Shown piece after piece: positions 37,625 through 46,978 of a stretch of 64,000 nucleotides of DNA. The translations under genes and the position numbers were made by a program. The DNA is taken from the NCBI GenBank assembly GCA_963804595.1, contig CAWDQZ010000009.1:312248-376247 (forward strand), read 5' to 3'. Every line of letters starts with the position of its first letter. Position 1 is the first letter of the stretch. This DNA is from an uncultured Solirubrobacterales bacterium (lineage in GTDB: Bacteria; Actinomycetota; Thermoleophilia; Solirubrobacterales; 70-9). A model generated the notes under the pieces. That model did not search any database and was not told where the DNA came from. It worked only from the letters and a program-made list of their open reading frames with translations.

Positions 37625-38596
37625 CTACTCGCGCAGGCTCCTTCCGGTGAGTCGAAGGAAGACGTCTTCGAGCGTTGCACGTCGGACCAGGGCGGATTCC
37701 GTCGGGTAGGCGTCGTGGTCGAGCTCCTCCAGCACCGCCTCGGCGTCGTCGGCGTAGAGCATCAGAGTGCGCTCTGAGCGGTCGTGGCCCTGGATCCGGC
37801 CGTCGAGAGAGGCGACCAGCCGCTCGGCGTCGCAGCCCTCGTCGAGCTTGAGCTCGAGGACCTCCCGCCCGACATGGGCGCGGACCAGGTCCGCCGGCCT
37901 GCCCTCGGCGACGATCCGGCCCTCGTCCATGATCACCAGCCGGTCGCAGAGGCGCTCTGCCTCCTCCATGTAGTGAGTGGTGAGCAGCAGGGTCACCCCC
38001 CGCCGGCGAAGCCGGTCGAGCGCTCCCCAGACGGCCAGGCGCGCCTGCGGATCGAGGCCGGTGGTCGGCTCGTCGAGCACGACGAGCTCGGGGTCGCCCA
38101 TCAGCGCCCGGGAGATCAGCAGTCGCCGCTTCATCCCACCCGAGAGGCCGTGGATCCGCTCGTCCCCGCGGTCCGCCAGCAGCGAGAACTCGAGCAGCTC
38201 GGCGGCTCGCTCCTCCGCCCTGCCGGAGTCGATGCCGAAGTAGCGAGCCTGCTGGAGGAGGTTCTCGCGGACGGTCAGATCGGCATCGAGGTTGGTCTCC
38301 TGGGGCACCACGCCGAGCCGGCTCTTGATCTGGCGACGCTCCCGGCGTGCGTCCATTCCCAGGACGGTGAGCTCACCGGCGTCGACCGTCGCGAGGCCGT
38401 AGACCATCTTCATCGTCGTCGTCTTGCCGGCTCCGTTGGGCCCGAGGAAGCCGAAGCAGATTCCCGGTTCGACGTCGAAGTCGATCCCGGCGACCGCGGT
38501 GCGCTCGCCGAATCGCTTGCTCACCCCGCGGGCTCTGACCGCGGCACTCGAGGCCGCGTCCTCGGGCGCAGCCAGTTTCGGGCTGGCCATCTCCAT
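37625..38596 (-). CDS. ABC transporter ATP-binding protein (DrrA/ABC-2 type)
   Basis: Walker A GPNGAGKTT, signature LSGGMKRRL and Walker B LVVLDEPT are present. ATG 38596 overlaps the stop of the upstream CPBP gene by 1 nt. Confidence 0.85.
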   Translation of the reverse strand: MEMASPKLAAPEDAASSAAVRARGVSKRFGERTAVAGIDFDVEPGICFGFLGPNGAGKTTTMKMVYGLATVDAGELTVLGMDARRERRQIKSRLGVVPQETNLDADLTVRENLLQQARYFGIDSGRAEERAAELLEFSLLADRGDERIHGLSGGMKRRLLISRALMGDPELVVLDEPTTGLDPQARLAVWGALDRLRRRGVTLLLTTHYMEEAERLCDRLVIMDEGRIVAEGRPADLVRAHVGREVLELKLDEGCDAERLVASLDGRIQGHDRSERTLMLYADDAEAVLEELDHDAYPTESALVRRATLEDVFLRLTGRSLRE

Positions 38597-39285
38597 CAGC
38601 TCACCAGGGCCAGCGCCAGGCCGTTGTTGATCATGTGCGCGATCACGCAGGGCCACAGCGACCCCGTCCGGTCGTAGAGCCAGCAGAGCGCCAGGCCGAG
38701 AGCGGCGAGGGGAACGACGGTTGTGATTCCGGTCGGCGCATGCACCAGTCCGAAGATAAGACCCGAAGTGAGCGCTGCCGGCCAGAGCGACCAGCGTGTG
38801 CGCAGGCCGGCGAACAGGAACCCGCGGAAGAAGAGCTCTTCGGCCACGGGCGCGAAGCCGACGATCATCACCACGGCGAGAACGGCGATCACGATGCTCG
38901 GGTTGCCGACCCCAAGCTCGCCCCCGATGTCCTCCTGGTCCGGCTTCAGGACGAGGCTCGCAAACAGCGCGGCGGCGATGTAGTACGCGACCAGCGTCCC
39001 GAGCATGATCCAGATGGCCTTTGGGCGGAACGGGCGGAGGCCGAGCAGGTGCAGAGGCCGACCGAGCGGCTTGAACTTCCAGTCGGAGGCGACGCCGAGC
39101 GCGACGAGGAGCAGTAGGCCGTCGAAGATCGCCTGGGCCGCCAGGAGCGCGCCGTCCGAGTCGAGGTCGGGGTCGAACGGCGCCACCACGAGCGGCGGGA
39201 TGATGATCGCCAGGAGCAGGCCGCCGAGCAGCCACCAGAAGGTCGTCCTCGGGGTCCAGGGCACCGGTTGCACGCCGACCTCCAT
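38596..39285 (-). CDS. CPBP (CAAX/Abi) family intramembrane glutamic endopeptidase
   Basis: The motifs APVAEELFFRGFLF, GLIFGLVH and VIAHMINN are present. ATG 39285 overlaps the RDD stop by 1 nt. Confidence 0.8.
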   Translation of the reverse strand: MEVGVQPVPWTPRTTFWWLLGGLLLAIIIPPLVVAPFDPDLDSDGALLAAQAIFDGLLLLVALGVASDWKFKPLGRPLHLLGLRPFRPKAIWIMLGTLVAYYIAAALFASLVLKPDQEDIGGELGVGNPSIVIAVLAVVMIVGFAPVAEELFFRGFLFAGLRTRWSLWPAALTSGLIFGLVHAPTGITTVVPLAALGLALCWLYDRTGSLWPCVIAHMINNGLALALVS

Positions 39286-39722
39286 CAGACAGTCCGCTCC
39301 AGGACCGTTCGCGGGGCCCGGCGCAGCACCACGGTCTTCGCCGCCAGGTCGCCCAACCTCTGCTTGTGTCTGCCCCTGACGATCATTGCCTCTCCGATGA
39401 CGAAGAAGTCGACGAGGCGCAGCAGGTTGCGGATGCTCGCCTGACCGTAGGTGAGGCGGACGGCGCCATCCAACGAGCGCACCTCGATTCCGGTCGCGTT
39501 CTTCCCGATCGTCTGGCCCCAGCGCCACTCGCAGAGGGCGAAGTAGTTGAACCAGAGCGAGAAGAAGACGAGCACGGCCACCAGCCCAGCCGTGTCACCG
39601 GTCAGGAAGGCGCCGCCGACGATCCAGATGTAGATCCACAGGTAGAAGAGGATCCAGACGACGTTGTCGAGCAGAGACGCCAGCGCCCGGCGCCAGAACC
39701 CCGCGTAGTTCGGCTCAGACAT
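39285..39722 (-). CDS. RDD family membrane protein
   Basis: AGFWRRALASLLDNVVW.. is present, with two TM helices and ..QRLGDLAAKTVVL, which are typical of the RDD domain. Confidence 0.75.
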   Translation of the reverse strand: MSEPNYAGFWRRALASLLDNVVWILFYLWIYIWIVGGAFLTGDTAGLVAVLVFFSLWFNYFALCEWRWGQTIGKNATGIEVRSLDGAVRLTYGQASIRNLLRLVDFFVIGEAMIVRGRHKQRLGDLAAKTVVLRRAPRTVLERTV

Positions 39723-40353
39723 CCGAGAGATGCTCGCGGATCTCCCTCAAGGAGGAGATGTCGCCCCCGTTGCCGTCGCGATCGATCAGCAGAGATCTGA
39801 TGCCGGCCGCCCGCGCTCCCTCGACGTCCTCCCTACGAGTGTCACCGACATGGAGCGCCTCGTCCGGACCGACGCCGGCGAGCTCGAGCGCGGGCTCGAA
39901 AATCGCTGGGTCCGGCTTGCGGGCGCCGGCTGCGGCCGAGCTGACCGAGCCGTCGAGCAGCTCGCCGACGCCGACGCGGTCCAGAACGTCCGGGAGCGAG
40001 CAGTCCCAGTTCGAGACCGCGACGAGCTTCTCACCGCTGTAGCGAAGCTCGCGCAGAGCGGGGGCGGCATCCGGATATGCCTCGAAGCGGATCGCGTCCA
40101 CCAGCTCCTCCGCCGTCACCTCGACACCGAGTTGCTCCGAGACGACGGCGGCGCAGCGCTCGCGTAGATCCGCCAACGAAGCATCGTCCCGGCCCTCGTG
40201 GGCGTGGTCGCGGTAGTACGCCATCTCGGCGCGCAGGGCGGCCTCGAGGCGCTCGTCGCTTACGTGCGCCGGAACCCGTGGACGGAGGGAGATCCAGGGC
40301 GGCTCGAGCTCGACGAGAGTGCCGAGGACATCAAGGAAGACAGCGCGGGTCAT
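39715..40353 (-). CDS. HAD-superfamily hydrolase
   Basis: Motif I is FLDVLGTLV, motif II is VSNWD, and motifs III/IV are KPDP..HVGDT. There is an 8-nt overlap with the RDD start. Confidence 0.75.
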   Translation of the reverse strand: MTRAVFLDVLGTLVELEPPWISLRPRVPAHVSDERLEAALRAEMAYYRDHAHEGRDDASLADLRERCAAVVSEQLGVEVTAEELVDAIRFEAYPDAAPALRELRYSGEKLVAVSNWDCSLPDVLDRVGVGELLDGSVSSAAAGARKPDPAIFEPALELAGVGPDEALHVGDTRREDVEGARAAGIRSLLIDRDGNGGDISSLREIREHLSDV

Positions 40354-40375
40354 CCCGTTAATACTGCCCAACCTC

Positions 40376-41158
40376 ATGCTCCTGGCCGCGGACCAGAGCT
40401 TCTGGCAAGAGCACGGCGACGAGATCTCAGCGGCGATCACGCTGGCCGTCGCGATCCTGATCGCGATCATCGTCGACCGCGTCCTGATCGGCCGCGCGGT
40501 CAGGGCGACCGTCCGCCTCGACACCGGCGAGCTCTCCAGAGAGGCACGAACGCGGCTCCGCCTGATCCGCCGGCTTCTCTTCCTGACGATCATCCTGATC
40601 GGCGTGGCGCTGGCGCTCAGCCAGTTCACCTCGATCAAGCGGTTCGCCGCGGGCGTCCTGGCCTCGACCGCCGTGCTCGGGATCATCATCGGCTTCGCCG
40701 GCCGCCAGGTGATCGCCAACCTGGTCTCGGGTGTCCTATTGGCGATCACGCAGCCGATCCGGATCGGAGACCTGGTCTCGATCGGCGACGAGGTCCACGG
40801 CCGCGTCACCGACATTGCGCTGACCTACACGCGGGTGGACGCCGGCGACGGCAGCCTGATCGTCGTGCCGAACGAGAAGGTGACGACCGACGTGGTCGTG
40901 AACCACTCCGCGGGAAACAGCGCCGCCCCGGTGACCGTCGACATCTGGTTACCCACAGATGCCGACGTCGAGGCCGCGCGCCGCAAGCTCGAGAAGGGGG
41001 AGGTGACCTCCGCGCGGCTGGTCGAGGTCACCCCCGAGGGCGCGAGGCTGCAGGTCAAGGCCGCGATCGACGCGGGCATCGATCGTGAGGCGCACGAGGC
41101 GGAGCTGCGCGAGCGCGCGCAATCTGTCCTGCGAGCCAACGGTCTGCTCAGCTCCTGA
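40376..41158 (+). CDS. Mechanosensitive ion channel (MscS family)
   Basis: The pore helix and beta domain read AVLGIIIGFAGRQVIANLVSGVLLAITQPIRIGDLV..GRVTDIALTYTRV. ATG 40376 is taken as the start. Confidence 0.8.
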   Translation: MLLAADQSFWQEHGDEISAAITLAVAILIAIIVDRVLIGRAVRATVRLDTGELSREARTRLRLIRRLLFLTIILIGVALALSQFTSIKRFAAGVLASTAVLGIIIGFAGRQVIANLVSGVLLAITQPIRIGDLVSIGDEVHGRVTDIALTYTRVDAGDGSLIVVPNEKVTTDVVVNHSAGNSAAPVTVDIWLPTDADVEAARRKLEKGEVTSARLVEVTPEGARLQVKAAIDAGIDREAHEAELRERAQSVLRANGLLSS

Positions 41159-41185
41159 GGAAGCCCTAAGTACCCTTTTCGGTCC

Positions 41186-43396
41186 ATGAGCGCCCGGTCC
41201 CGCCGGCGGCATCGACGCACGAGCCGCAAGAAAAACCCGTTCCTCGTGGTCCTCCTGGTCCTCGGGTCGATCTTCGCCGTCGGCGCCCTCGGATCCGGTC
41301 TCTGGCTGTTGAGCGTCTACAACTCGGCGCCCTCGCTCGCGAGCCTGACGCCGATCAAGGAAGGCACGGTCTCGAAGGTCTACGCCGCCGACGGCTCCCT
41401 GCTCGGGGTGATCCACTCGGACAAGATCCGACAGCCGATCCCCAGTTCGAGGATCCCGGAGGACCTCAAGGAGGCGACGGTGGCGATCGAGGACCGCAGG
41501 TTCTACAGCCACGGTGGCATCGACCCCTCGGCGATCATCCGCGCCGGCTGGGAGGACCTGACCGCCGGCGGCAAGCCGGTGGAGGGCGGCTCGACGATCA
41601 CCCAGCAGCTCGTCCGCAACCTCTACATCCAAGACCCGCAGGACACGCTGAAGCGGAAGATCATCGAGGCGCGCCTGGCCAATGACGAGGAGGACCAGCA
41701 TTCCAAGGACTGGATCCTGACCGAGTACCTGAACACCGCTTCCTACGGGACCAACGAGGGCGCCACCGCGATCGGGGTCGAGGCGGCCGCCGAGACCTAC
41801 TACTCCAAGCATGCTGAAGATCTGACGCTGCCCGAGGCCGCGACCATCGCGGGCCTGCCGCAGGCGCCGTCCCAGTACAACCCGCTGCTCAACCCCAGGG
41901 CGGCGCTGGCCCGGCGCAACGAGGTGCTGCAGGCGATGGAGCAGCAGGGCAAGATCAGCGCGGGCGAGTACCAGGACACGATCAACCAGGGCCTGGGCCT
42001 CGATCCGGGAAGCAAGTACAGCCGGATCCGCGACCCCTACATCTTCGACCTCGTCAAGCAGGAGCTCCAGGACCGCTACGGCGTGAACACGGTCCAGAAC
42101 GGCGGTCTCAAGGTCTATACGACTATCCAGCCGCGGCTCCAGGAGGCTGCGCAGAACGCCGTCGACTCATGCTCGGTCTGCTACTCGGGTGGCGGACCGG
42201 CATCGGCACTGGCCTCCGTCGATCCCGCGAACGGGAAGATCGTCGCGCTGGCCTCGACGCAGCGCTATTCGGAAGACAGTCAGTTCAACTTCGCCGCCCA
42301 TGCCCAGCGCCAGCCGGGCTCCTCGTTCAAGGTCTACGACCTGACGGCGGCGATCAAGCAGGGGATCGACCCGGACACGACCTACTACGACGGCTCATCG
42401 CCGAAGACGCTGGAGACCCCGGGGGGATCGCCCTGGACGGTCAACAACGCCGAGCAGGGTGGCGGCGTGATGCCTCTGACCGAGGCGACCTGGGAGTCGG
42501 TGAACGTCGTCTTCGCTCAGCTCGGTCTGGACGTCGGGCCCGAGAACATCGCCAGGACCGCGTACCAGATGGGGATCACCTCGCCGCTCGGGATCAAGGG
42601 GTCGAACGAAACCCCCTGCAAGCTCGGCCCGAACTGCTTCATCCCGCCGGCCGACGCGATCGGCGGGCTGAGCGTCGGCGTCACCCCACTCGAGCAGGCC
42701 AACGCCTACGCCACGCTCGCCAACGGTGGCGTGCGTCACGATGCGACCGCGATCGACAAGGTCGTCTTCCCCAGTGGCAAGGTGGACGAGCCGAGCGCGG
42801 ACGAGGGCAAGCGAGTGCTGACTCCCGGTGAGGCCTACGAGGTCACCAAGGTGCTGGAGGGCGTGATCACCAGCGGGACCGGCGCCGGCTACACGTCCAT
42901 CGGCTGCCAGTCGGAGGCCGGCAAGACCGGCACCAGCGAGGATCTGTCGGACGCCTGGTTCGTCGGCTACACCCCGATGTATTCCACCGCCGTCTGGACC
43001 GGGCATCCCCTCTCACGCGACTCCACCGGCTTCGGCGGCCCGACCTCCGGGCCGATCTGGCGCTCCTACATGGAGGCCGCCCAGGGCGGCGAATGCCCTG
43101 ACTTCGAGGTTCCCTCGAGCCTGCCGACCTTGTCCGCGTACCACGGGGAGCACACGGCATCCAGCTCGAGCTCCTGCAGCAGCTCGAGCTCCTCTTCCTA
43201 CTCCTGTGACTCCTCGTCGTCCTACACGCCGAGCTACGGCGGCGGCGACAGCGGCGGCGACAGCAACCAAGGCGCCTACGCTCCGGGGGTCGGGCAGAAA
43301 CCGGCGCCGGCACCGACACCGAAGCCGACGCCGGCGCCCGCGCCGGTGCCCCCGCCGGCCGCGCCGCCGCCCAGCGGGGGTGTAAACCCCGGGTAG
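41186..43396 (+). CDS. Class A penicillin-binding protein (transglycosylase/transpeptidase) with a Ser- and Pro-rich tail
   Basis: The GT51 motifs EDRRFYSHGGID and GGSTITQQL are present. The transpeptidase motifs are SSFK, SVN and KTGT. Confidence 0.9.
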   Translation: MSARSRRRHRRTSRKKNPFLVVLLVLGSIFAVGALGSGLWLLSVYNSAPSLASLTPIKEGTVSKVYAADGSLLGVIHSDKIRQPIPSSRIPEDLKEATVAIEDRRFYSHGGIDPSAIIRAGWEDLTAGGKPVEGGSTITQQLVRNLYIQDPQDTLKRKIIEARLANDEEDQHSKDWILTEYLNTASYGTNEGATAIGVEAAAETYYSKHAEDLTLPEAATIAGLPQAPSQYNPLLNPRAALARRNEVLQAMEQQGKISAGEYQDTINQGLGLDPGSKYSRIRDPYIFDLVKQELQDRYGVNTVQNGGLKVYTTIQPRLQEAAQNAVDSCSVCYSGGGPASALASVDPANGKIVALASTQRYSEDSQFNFAAHAQRQPGSSFKVYDLTAAIKQGIDPDTTYYDGSSPKTLETPGGSPWTVNNAEQGGGVMPLTEATWESVNVVFAQLGLDVGPENIARTAYQMGITSPLGIKGSNETPCKLGPNCFIPPADAIGGLSVGVTPLEQANAYATLANGGVRHDATAIDKVVFPSGKVDEPSADEGKRVLTPGEAYEVTKVLEGVITSGTGAGYTSIGCQSEAGKTGTSEDLSDAWFVGYTPMYSTAVWTGHPLSRDSTGFGGPTSGPIWRSYMEAAQGGECPDFEVPSSLPTLSAYHGEHTASSSSSCSSSSSSSYSCDSSSSYTPSYGGGDSGGDSNQGAYAPGVGQKPAPAPTPKPTPAPAPVPPPAAPPPSGGVNPG

Positions 43397-44397
43397 TGGC
43401 AAGCAGCGAATTCGACCTGATCGCCGCCATCACCGAGCGCCTGCCGGCGCCGGGGCCCCGCGTGCGCGTGCCGAGCGGGGACGACGCCGCGGTCGTCGAG
43501 CCCCGTGCCGCGAGCGCGGTGACCGTCGACGCAATCGTCGACGGCGTCCATTTCGTGCTCGATTCGTTTGGTCCCCAGGCGGTCGGCAGAAAGGCGCTCG
43601 CCTCGTCGCTGTCCGATCTCGCCGCCATGGGCGCATCCCAGGGTGAGGCGTACGTCGTGGTCGCCGCCCCCGGAGACCTCTCGGACGAGGACCTGCTCGG
43701 CATCGCCGACGGGCTCGCCGAGACGGCCATCCGCGAGGAGGTCACGATCGCGGGGGGCGACCTGGTTCGCTCGCCGGTCCTGGTCGTCTCGGTGACCGCG
43801 ATCGGCTACGAGCCCGGCGGTGCCCGCTTCGTGACGCGAGGCGGCGCCAGGCCCCGCGATCTGGTGGCGGTGACAGGCGAACTCGGCGGAGCCGCCGCCG
43901 CCATACGGCTGATGGAGATGGGCGAGCGGCGGGGCGATCCCGCCGACCGCGGGCAGGGCGTTCTCAATCGCCAGCTCGACCCGAGGCCCCGCTTGCGAGA
44001 GGGCAGGGCCCTGGCCAAGGCGGGCGCGACGGCCATGATCGATGTCAGCGACGGGCTCGGGGCGGACGCCGGGCATCTGGCGGAGGCGGGGGCCTGCCAT
44101 CTCGAGATCGAGCTGGACCGGCTACCGGTGGCGCCCGGAGTCGCCGACGTCGTCGGCGGAGACGAGGCCGCGCTCGGGCTCGCGGCATCGGGCGGGGAGG
44201 ACTTCGAGCTGCTGCTCACCGTGGCCCGCGAGCACTTCGATGCCGCGGCTCAGGCCGTTGCGGATGCCGGCTCGGAGCTCACCGAGATCGGCTACGTGAC
44301 CGAGGGCCAGGGCGTGACCCTGAGGCTGCCGGGCGGAGGTGAACTCGAAGCACGAGGTTTCGACCAGAGGCGAGGGTCCCTCTCCGGCTCCGGCTGA
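43396..44397 (+). CDS. thiL: Thiamine-monophosphate kinase
   Basis: GTG overlaps the PBP stop by 1 nt. The motifs EFDLIAAI, SGDDAAVV and DVSDGL are present. Confidence 0.85.
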   Translation: MASSEFDLIAAITERLPAPGPRVRVPSGDDAAVVEPRAASAVTVDAIVDGVHFVLDSFGPQAVGRKALASSLSDLAAMGASQGEAYVVVAAPGDLSDEDLLGIADGLAETAIREEVTIAGGDLVRSPVLVVSVTAIGYEPGGARFVTRGGARPRDLVAVTGELGGAAAAIRLMEMGERRGDPADRGQGVLNRQLDPRPRLREGRALAKAGATAMIDVSDGLGADAGHLAEAGACHLEIELDRLPVAPGVADVVGGDEAALGLAASGGEDFELLLTVAREHFDAAAQAVADAGSELTEIGYVTEGQGVTLRLPGGGELEARGFDQRRGSLSGSG

Positions 44398-46211
44398 GGG
44401 TGCTCCGGCTCGACCTCCGGCTCGGCGCCCGTGTCCTCCCCCGGGTCGGGCCGGCGATCGGCGGGCGGCGTGGGCTCGGGCGCCCGCCGGCGCACCGAGA
44501 TCTCTCCCTCGATCCGCATCTCCGGCGCGGGCCTCGCCGGGCTTCGAGGCCCACGGCCGGCGAGGGCGATGATCGCCACCCCCGAGCCCGCGAGCAGACA
44601 GGCGAGCACCATCAGGGTCGCGCCGATCTGCCCGTCGGCGACCATCAGGACCAGGTCGTGCCATACGCCGAGGCCGGCGTCGAAGCGCCCCGCCAGGTTG
44701 GCGAGCAGCACAAGGCCGGGCACGAGTCCGAGCAGCACGAGACCGGTGGCCGGCAACCGTCCCGGGGCAAGCCGCGCCGCGGCCACCACCCACGCCTGCA
44801 GCCCCACCGAGACCACCAGTCCCAGATACGGATTGACGATCCAGATCCCGAGGGCGGCGAGGCAGGCGAGCATGAGAGCCGCCGGGGCGGCCGTGGCCAC
44901 CGCGCGCGACGGAGGCGGCCGGAGCGGACGCACGAAGAACGCCATGGCGCAGTAGACGAGCAGGGCGAGGAGAACCGCCAGCGTCCCCCCCGTGCCGAGG
45001 CCCTCGATGCGGGGGTCGAAGGGGAAGTCGGGGCTCGGCAGCAGGCCGACGAGCGTGGCGAGCAGCACGACCAGCAGGGCTCCGAGGAAGGGCAGCGACC
45101 GCAGCAGCGTCCAGACCAAACCGCGGATCCCCTCGATCGGGCTCCGCGCCGCCGAGGCGAGGCCGGCCCCTGCGGCAAGTGCCGCCGGAACCAGCAGGGA
45201 TAGGGCCAGGAGCGCGATCGTCCAGCCCGGCAGCAGGTTGCCGGCGAGGCCGATGTATCCCCTCGGCCCGTGTTCGACGGCGCCCGGGGAGGCGTCGAGG
45301 GCGAGGACGAGGGAGAGCGCGGCGCGGCCGAAGCGGTCGAAACTGTCGCTGTCGAAGGCCTCGGGAGTGTCGCTGCCCGGATCCACGGGCAGCTCGCCGT
45401 CGGCCGAGAGGCGGACGGCAGGCAGGCCGTGTTCGATCAGGGGTGCCTGGTCGCCCAGACCGGCCGGCAGCGCGAGACGGAAGAGGTCGCCGAGCGGGCC
45501 CTCGTCTCCCGCGGGTGTGGCGAGCTCGTTCGAGGTGATCGAGTCGGCCGTCTCGGACAGCTGGCTGGCGGTGCTCTGCGGTCCCGTCGACCAGGGAATG
45601 ACCAGCGGAGGGGTGGGATCGGGAAGGGCGGGCTGGCTGAGCACGATCGCGGCGTCCAGCAGCGACGAGTCGCTGTACCCGTCGATGAAGCGCTTCGTTC
45701 CGAGAGCGCCGATGCTGGACCCGTCGGCAGAGACGAAGACCAGCGTCTTGCGATGCGCCGTTCCGGAGAAGGCTTCCGCGATCTCCAGAAGGGCGGCCGT
45801 GGCGGCGGCGCTCGTCGTCGCCCCGCTCCCCTCGGCGACGTCGCGCGGGGCGATCAGCGCCACCTGTCTGTTGGACTCACCCGGCAGCGTCGCGATCAGG
45901 TTGCGGAGGTGGACGTCATGACCCCTGAACGAGCCGTCGAACGTCTGCTCGGAGACCGCGGCGTCTTCGATCGCGGCGAAATGGCTCTTAACCTGGTCGC
46001 CGAGCTTCGCGTCCGCCACAGAGCCCGGGGTCGGGTAGGGAGCGTCGGTGCCCAGCTCTTTGGCGAGCGGCAGCGCGCTCGCCGGGTCGAAGGCGTCGGG
46101 CGGGATCCTCGCGGAGAGGCTGCGCGGCACGTCCTGGAGCGAGAACCCCGCGATGACGAGCACGAGGGGAACGGCGAGCAGCGCGTATCTGTAGAGGCGC
46201 AAGTCGATCAT
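44292..46211 (-). CDS. Membrane protein with a degenerate M28-peptidase-like ectodomain fused to a polytopic C-terminal domain
   Basis: An N-terminal TM is followed by NLIATLPGESNRQVALIAPRDV..GATTSAAATAALLEIAEAF..FVSADGSSIGALGT. This has the M28 layout, but the metal ligands appear substituted. About 9 TM helices and a low-complexity tail follow. Confidence 0.6.
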   Translation of the reverse strand: MIDLRLYRYALLAVPLVLVIAGFSLQDVPRSLSARIPPDAFDPASALPLAKELGTDAPYPTPGSVADAKLGDQVKSHFAAIEDAAVSEQTFDGSFRGHDVHLRNLIATLPGESNRQVALIAPRDVAEGSGATTSAAATAALLEIAEAFSGTAHRKTLVFVSADGSSIGALGTKRFIDGYSDSSLLDAAIVLSQPALPDPTPPLVIPWSTGPQSTASQLSETADSITSNELATPAGDEGPLGDLFRLALPAGLGDQAPLIEHGLPAVRLSADGELPVDPGSDTPEAFDSDSFDRFGRAALSLVLALDASPGAVEHGPRGYIGLAGNLLPGWTIALLALSLLVPAALAAGAGLASAARSPIEGIRGLVWTLLRSLPFLGALLVVLLATLVGLLPSPDFPFDPRIEGLGTGGTLAVLLALLVYCAMAFFVRPLRPPPSRAVATAAPAALMLACLAALGIWIVNPYLGLVVSVGLQAWVVAAARLAPGRLPATGLVLLGLVPGLVLLANLAGRFDAGLGVWHDLVLMVADGQIGATLMVLACLLAGSGVAIIALAGRGPRSPARPAPEMRIEGEISVRRRAPEPTPPADRRPDPGEDTGAEPEVEPEHPQPEPERDPRLWSKPRASSSPPPGSLRVTPWPSVT

Positions 46212-46245
46212 CAGCCGGGCGTGAACCGCCTTCTAACCTTCAGGC

Positions 46246-46956
46246 ATGGCGCGAGGACAGGCTCGGATCCTGCTCGTAGACGATGAACAGGCCGTGCAGA
46301 CACTTCTCACCTACCCGCTCCGCAAGGAAGGTTATGAGGTGGTGGGAGCAATGGATGGGCAGGAAGCCCTGGATCGCTTCGGTGAGGAGCGGTTCGATCT
46401 GGTGGTCCTCGACATCATGCTCCCGAAGCTCGACGGGATCGAGGTGTGCAGGCGCCTTCGTACCCGTAGCCAGGTGCCGATCATCATGCTGACGGCCAAA
46501 GGGGACGAGATCGACAAGGTCGCCGGACTCGAGATGGGCGCGGACGACTACATCACCAAGCCGTTCTCGCTCCGGGAGTTCCGCAGCCGGGTCAAGGCCG
46601 CGCTGCGGCGCGGCAACATGGCCGGCCCGGCGCTCGCCGGCAACGAGCCGATCCGCGCCGGTGATCTCGAGATCGACTTCGAGCGGCGCTCCGTGATGCT
46701 GGCTCGAGAGCCTGCGCAGCTGACCTACGTCGAGTTCGAGATCCTGGCCGCGATGGCGGCCGCGCCGGGCCGCGTGTTCACCCGGGAGATGCTGCTCGAG
46801 CACATCTGGGGGGACTCGACCTATCGCGACCCACGCACGGTCGACGTTCACATCAGGCACCTCCGCGAGAAGCTGGAAACCGACGCGAAGAACCCGGAGT
46901 ACCTGTTCACGGTGCGCGGCGTCGGCTACCGCTTCCGCGACGCGGACCGCGATTGA
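46246..46956 (+). CDS. OmpR/PhoB-family response regulator (MprA/MtrA-like)
   Basis: The receiver domain reads ILLVDDE..DLVVLDIMLP..LTAK, and the winged-helix domain reads ..YLFTVRGVGYRF. Confidence 0.9.
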   Translation: MARGQARILLVDDEQAVQTLLTYPLRKEGYEVVGAMDGQEALDRFGEERFDLVVLDIMLPKLDGIEVCRRLRTRSQVPIIMLTAKGDEIDKVAGLEMGADDYITKPFSLREFRSRVKAALRRGNMAGPALAGNEPIRAGDLEIDFERRSVMLAREPAQLTYVEFEILAAMAAAPGRVFTREMLLEHIWGDSTYRDPRTVDVHIRHLREKLETDAKNPEYLFTVRGVGYRFRDADRD

Positions 46957-46978
46957 CCACCGGTCGCCGGACGAGACG

